Origin: a virus
Lineage: Duplodnaviria; Caudoviricetes
DNA: 26,398 nucleotides
Direction: 5' to 3' (one strand)
Virus record (IMG/VR): IMGVR_UViG_3300013131_000215
Span: 1 to 26,398 of that record
Part shown: one piece after another, positions 24,067-26,398 of the stretch
Layout of the letters: every line of letters starts with the position of its first letter
Numbering within the stretch: the stretch's first letter is position 1
The notes under the pieces: generated by a model
What the model saw: the letters and a program-made list of their open reading frames with translations, nothing else
Database searches by the model: none
Told to the model about the DNA's origin: nothing
Translations under genes and position numbers: made by a program

Positions 24067-24975
24067 ATGTCTGAACCAAAGCGAGCACTTGTACTTTCCG
24101 GCGGCGGCTCAAATGGAAGTTACCAAGTTGGAGCTTTGCAAGCATTGGCTGAAGCAGGACATAAATGGCACAGTGTCCACGGTATCTCAGTAGGTGCCTT
24201 AAATGCTTCCTGGATTGCTATGTTTCCGCCAGATGAACAAGCAGCTAATATGCATGGATTGTTAAATATATGGAATAATATTCATTCTACATCTGACATA
24301 TATATTCCTTGGTCTTCTATTAAACCAATTAATTATCTCTATTCCATGAGAAAAGGAAGCCTATACTCTGGAGCTCCATTAAGAGCTTTGGTTACAGAAT
24401 TCTTAGATGAACAAAGAATTATAGGTAGTAAAACCGTATTAACTGTTGGATGCGTAAATCTTCATTCAGGAGAATATGTTGCTATTCCCGGAAATAATGA
24501 AAAGATAAGAGAATATATTCTTGCTAGTAGTCATCTTCCTCTTATATTTGATCCTATAATAATAGATGGACAAAAATGGGTAGATGGAGGTATACGTCAC
24601 CAGGTTCCTATTCTAGAAGCCCTAAAAGAAAGACCAGATGAAATTGATGTAATTTTAACTACTCCAATAGCTACAAGAGAAAGAATAGGCGAGGAATATA
24701 CTCTTGTAAGCGCACCAAGGGTAGCTCTTAGAGCATCAGAAATAATGAGCGATCAAATATATCTAATGGATTGCTATACAGCTCTTCGTGCAGCAAAAAC
24801 TATCGATAATATTAAAATTAATATATTTATTCCATCTAGAATCCCAAATCCAGATAGCATGATCTTTCAAAAAGAATCTATTAAGGAAGCTATTATATTT
24901 GGATATGAAGAAACAAAAAAACAACTTCTTCAAACTCTATCTATTATAGATGAGGAAAAAAAGATATTCTTATGA
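24067..24975 (+). CDS. Patatin-like phospholipase
   Basis: ALVLSGGGSNG oxyanion motif, GISVG nucleophile elbow, ASS..P and WVDGG. Confidence 0.93.
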   Translation: MSEPKRALVLSGGGSNGSYQVGALQALAEAGHKWHSVHGISVGALNASWIAMFPPDEQAANMHGLLNIWNNIHSTSDIYIPWSSIKPINYLYSMRKGSLYSGAPLRALVTEFLDEQRIIGSKTVLTVGCVNLHSGEYVAIPGNNEKIREYILASSHLPLIFDPIIIDGQKWVDGGIRHQVPILEALKERPDEIDVILTTPIATRERIGEEYTLVSAPRVALRASEIMSDQIYLMDCYTALRAAKTIDNIKINIFIPSRIPNPDSMIFQKESIKEAIIFGYEETKKQLLQTLSIIDEEKKIFL

Positions 24976-25469
24976 AACGAGTTTTCGAAAGATTCTTAAA
25001 TGAAGAGCAACTCTATGACGACAACTTCCTCTGGGACGATCTTCTTCTCTGGGATGGTGGTATCGAACTCCCAGGTGCCCCCGCAGGACAACCTCAAAGT
25101 AAATTTAGATTTCTTGGAGGTTCCGGCGCTGGCAAAAGAAGAGAAATTAAATTGGATCTTAGTGTAGAAACTAATCTCTTAACTCTTAATCAAAAAAGAC
25201 TAGAAAAACATCAGGCAGCTCCTAAAACTATTAAATTAAAAGGTAGCTTACAAGTTCCTAAAATACAAACCATAGCTCATGGTGTATCCGATAAACCTAA
25301 TATAATAGTCGAAGTAGAAGATTTCTATTATACCTCTCAGCAACTTTCAGATGAAGCACTTGTAGGTTCTTGTATACTTGAAAACAATACTTATCAAAAT
25401 AAAGAAGTCTTACCAATAGTTAAGAGTAACTTCCTAAATCTTATCTCAGAAAAAAGAACTAATCTATGA
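24972..25469 (+). CDS. Hypothetical protein with a capsid-targeting-like N-terminus
   Basis: ATGA overlap with patatin. Starts MKRVFERFLNE. Confidence 0.65.
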   Translation: MKRVFERFLNEEQLYDDNFLWDDLLLWDGGIELPGAPAGQPQSKFRFLGGSGAGKRREIKLDLSVETNLLTLNQKRLEKHQAAPKTIKLKGSLQVPKIQTIAHGVSDKPNIIVEVEDFYYTSQQLSDEALVGSCILENNTYQNKEVLPIVKSNFLNLISEKRTNL

Positions 25470-26398
25470 ATCCAATCCCAAAAGTAGAACTACGTCTAAA
25501 TGAAGAAAATGAACTTAGCTTCAAAATGTCAATTGAAGGAACTACTTCAGATCCTAAATCAAAACCTAAGTTCCGTTTCCTTGTAACAGATTTCGGTTCA
25601 GATAAAGGTATCGTATATCCATGTACAAGAGAACCAAATGATGTAATCAAAGTTCTAATCCCAGGATTAAAAGAAAATTATAATATCGGTAAAAAATATC
25701 TCGGTAAATTAGAAGTCATCCTGGGAAGTTTATACTTTACCCCAACGGAATTACTCATCTCATTCAAAGAACCATTAAAAATAAAAGCAGCCCCAGTTAC
25801 AGTTACAGCCGCTGTAGACAAAGATAAATCTACCCCATCAGAACCAATTGACTCAGATGAAGAATTAGAAGACGAAGATTATAATGAAGATGAAGATCTC
25901 GAAGAAGAAGAGTCAGACGAAGAAGATATGGAAGAAGACGATATAGATGATGATTCTTCGGAAGAAGACATGGAAGATGAAGATATTGAAGAAGAAGACG
26001 CCATAGAAGAAGAAGAAGAATTGATGGAAAAGAAGAAACCTGAATATCGTGAAGAATATCATCAATTAACTTCTGAAGATAAAATAAATCTTGATGAATT
26101 CTTTATCTCAGATCCAGTAACGACAAACTCACAACGAAAACCTGTTCCACCAGAAGCAGTTTCAGGGATTGAACAGATAGTTTTTGCTGCTCCGGCTCTA
26201 AAATCAGGTACAGTTTTATTAGCACCAGGATTTGAAGGTGTTGTTCCAGAAAGAGTTCAAAAGACATTCACAGCATCAGGTATACCTGAATCTTCTACAA
26301 TTTCAGAATCAAATGAAGATTCATTCCAGGAATCTAAACTTTCTAAAGCTGCTACCGCCGCTAAAAATAATCTTAAAAAAGCATTCCTTGAAGCTTTA
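25466..26398 (+). CDS. Hypothetical protein with a beta-rich N-domain and a long Asp/Glu tract, 3'-truncated (absent from the ORF track)
   Basis: ATG 25466 overlaps the upstream TGA. Hand translation MNPIPKVELRLNEENELSFKMSIEG...LEVILGSLYFTP..., with no stop to the window end (311 codons). Confidence 0.8.
   Translation, partial: MNPIPKVELRLNEENELSFKMSIEGTTSDPKSKPKFRFLVTDFGSDKGIVYPCTREPNDVIKVLIPGLKENYNIGKKYLGKLEVILGSLYFTPTELLISFKEPLKIKAAPVTVTAAVDKDKSTPSEPIDSDEELEDEDYNEDEDLEEEESDEEDMEEDDIDDDSSEEDMEDEDIEEEDAIEEEEELMEKKKPEYREEYHQLTSEDKINLDEFFISDPVTTNSQRKPVPPEAVSGIEQIVFAAPALKSGTVLLAPGFEGVVPERVQKTFTASGIPESSTISESNEDSFQESKLSKAATAAKNNLKKAFLEAL

Noticed and set aside
24067-24975. CBASS system
   Set aside because: Patatin is present but there is no CD-NTase or other CBASS gene in the window.
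1-26398. Stop-codon reassignment, as seen in some large phages
   Set aside because: Recognisable genes are full length in code 11, and TAA, TGA and TAG all terminate ORFs at sensible ends.
1-26398. tRNA, rRNA or group I/II introns
   Set aside because: No cloverleaf or T-loop signature was noticed in the short intergenic gaps. The two gene interruptions are in frame with intein termini. A covariance-model scan was not run.

Overview
AT-rich segment of a large T4-like (Tevenvirinae-style/jumbo) bacteriophage genome, read in standard code 11. From left to right it holds: the end of an acidic prohead scaffold-like gene; a gp23-type major capsid protein with a large central insertion; a free-standing Hef-like homing endonuclease; a Cys-rich/vWA lipoprotein-like gene that looks cell-derived; a gp26-like/tail-chaperone gene whose partner ORF overlaps it at a T7 slippery site (probable programmed +1/-2 frameshift); a recombination and nucleotide cluster (HD protein, gp32-like SSB, intein-containing RecA/UvsX, dUTPase); a minus-strand early island (small ORFs, ClpP-like protease, DEDDh exonuclease); a block of probable internal-head proteins; and repetitive virion proteins, a cREC-like receiver, a LamG-like protein, a patatin and an acidic ORF cut by the window edge. 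The main leads are: (1) an intein inside a short basic motif of unknown function, with an intein-free paralogous motif in the same protein; (2) tandem genes sharing N- and C-terminal tags around unrelated cores, suggesting a capsid-cargo cassette system; (3) the frameshift site; (4) a RecA mini-intein at an unusual L2-loop position; (5) leaderless sigma70-type early genes; (6) a repeat/switch element in the SSB leader. All family calls come from motif recognition by eye. No database search was run.
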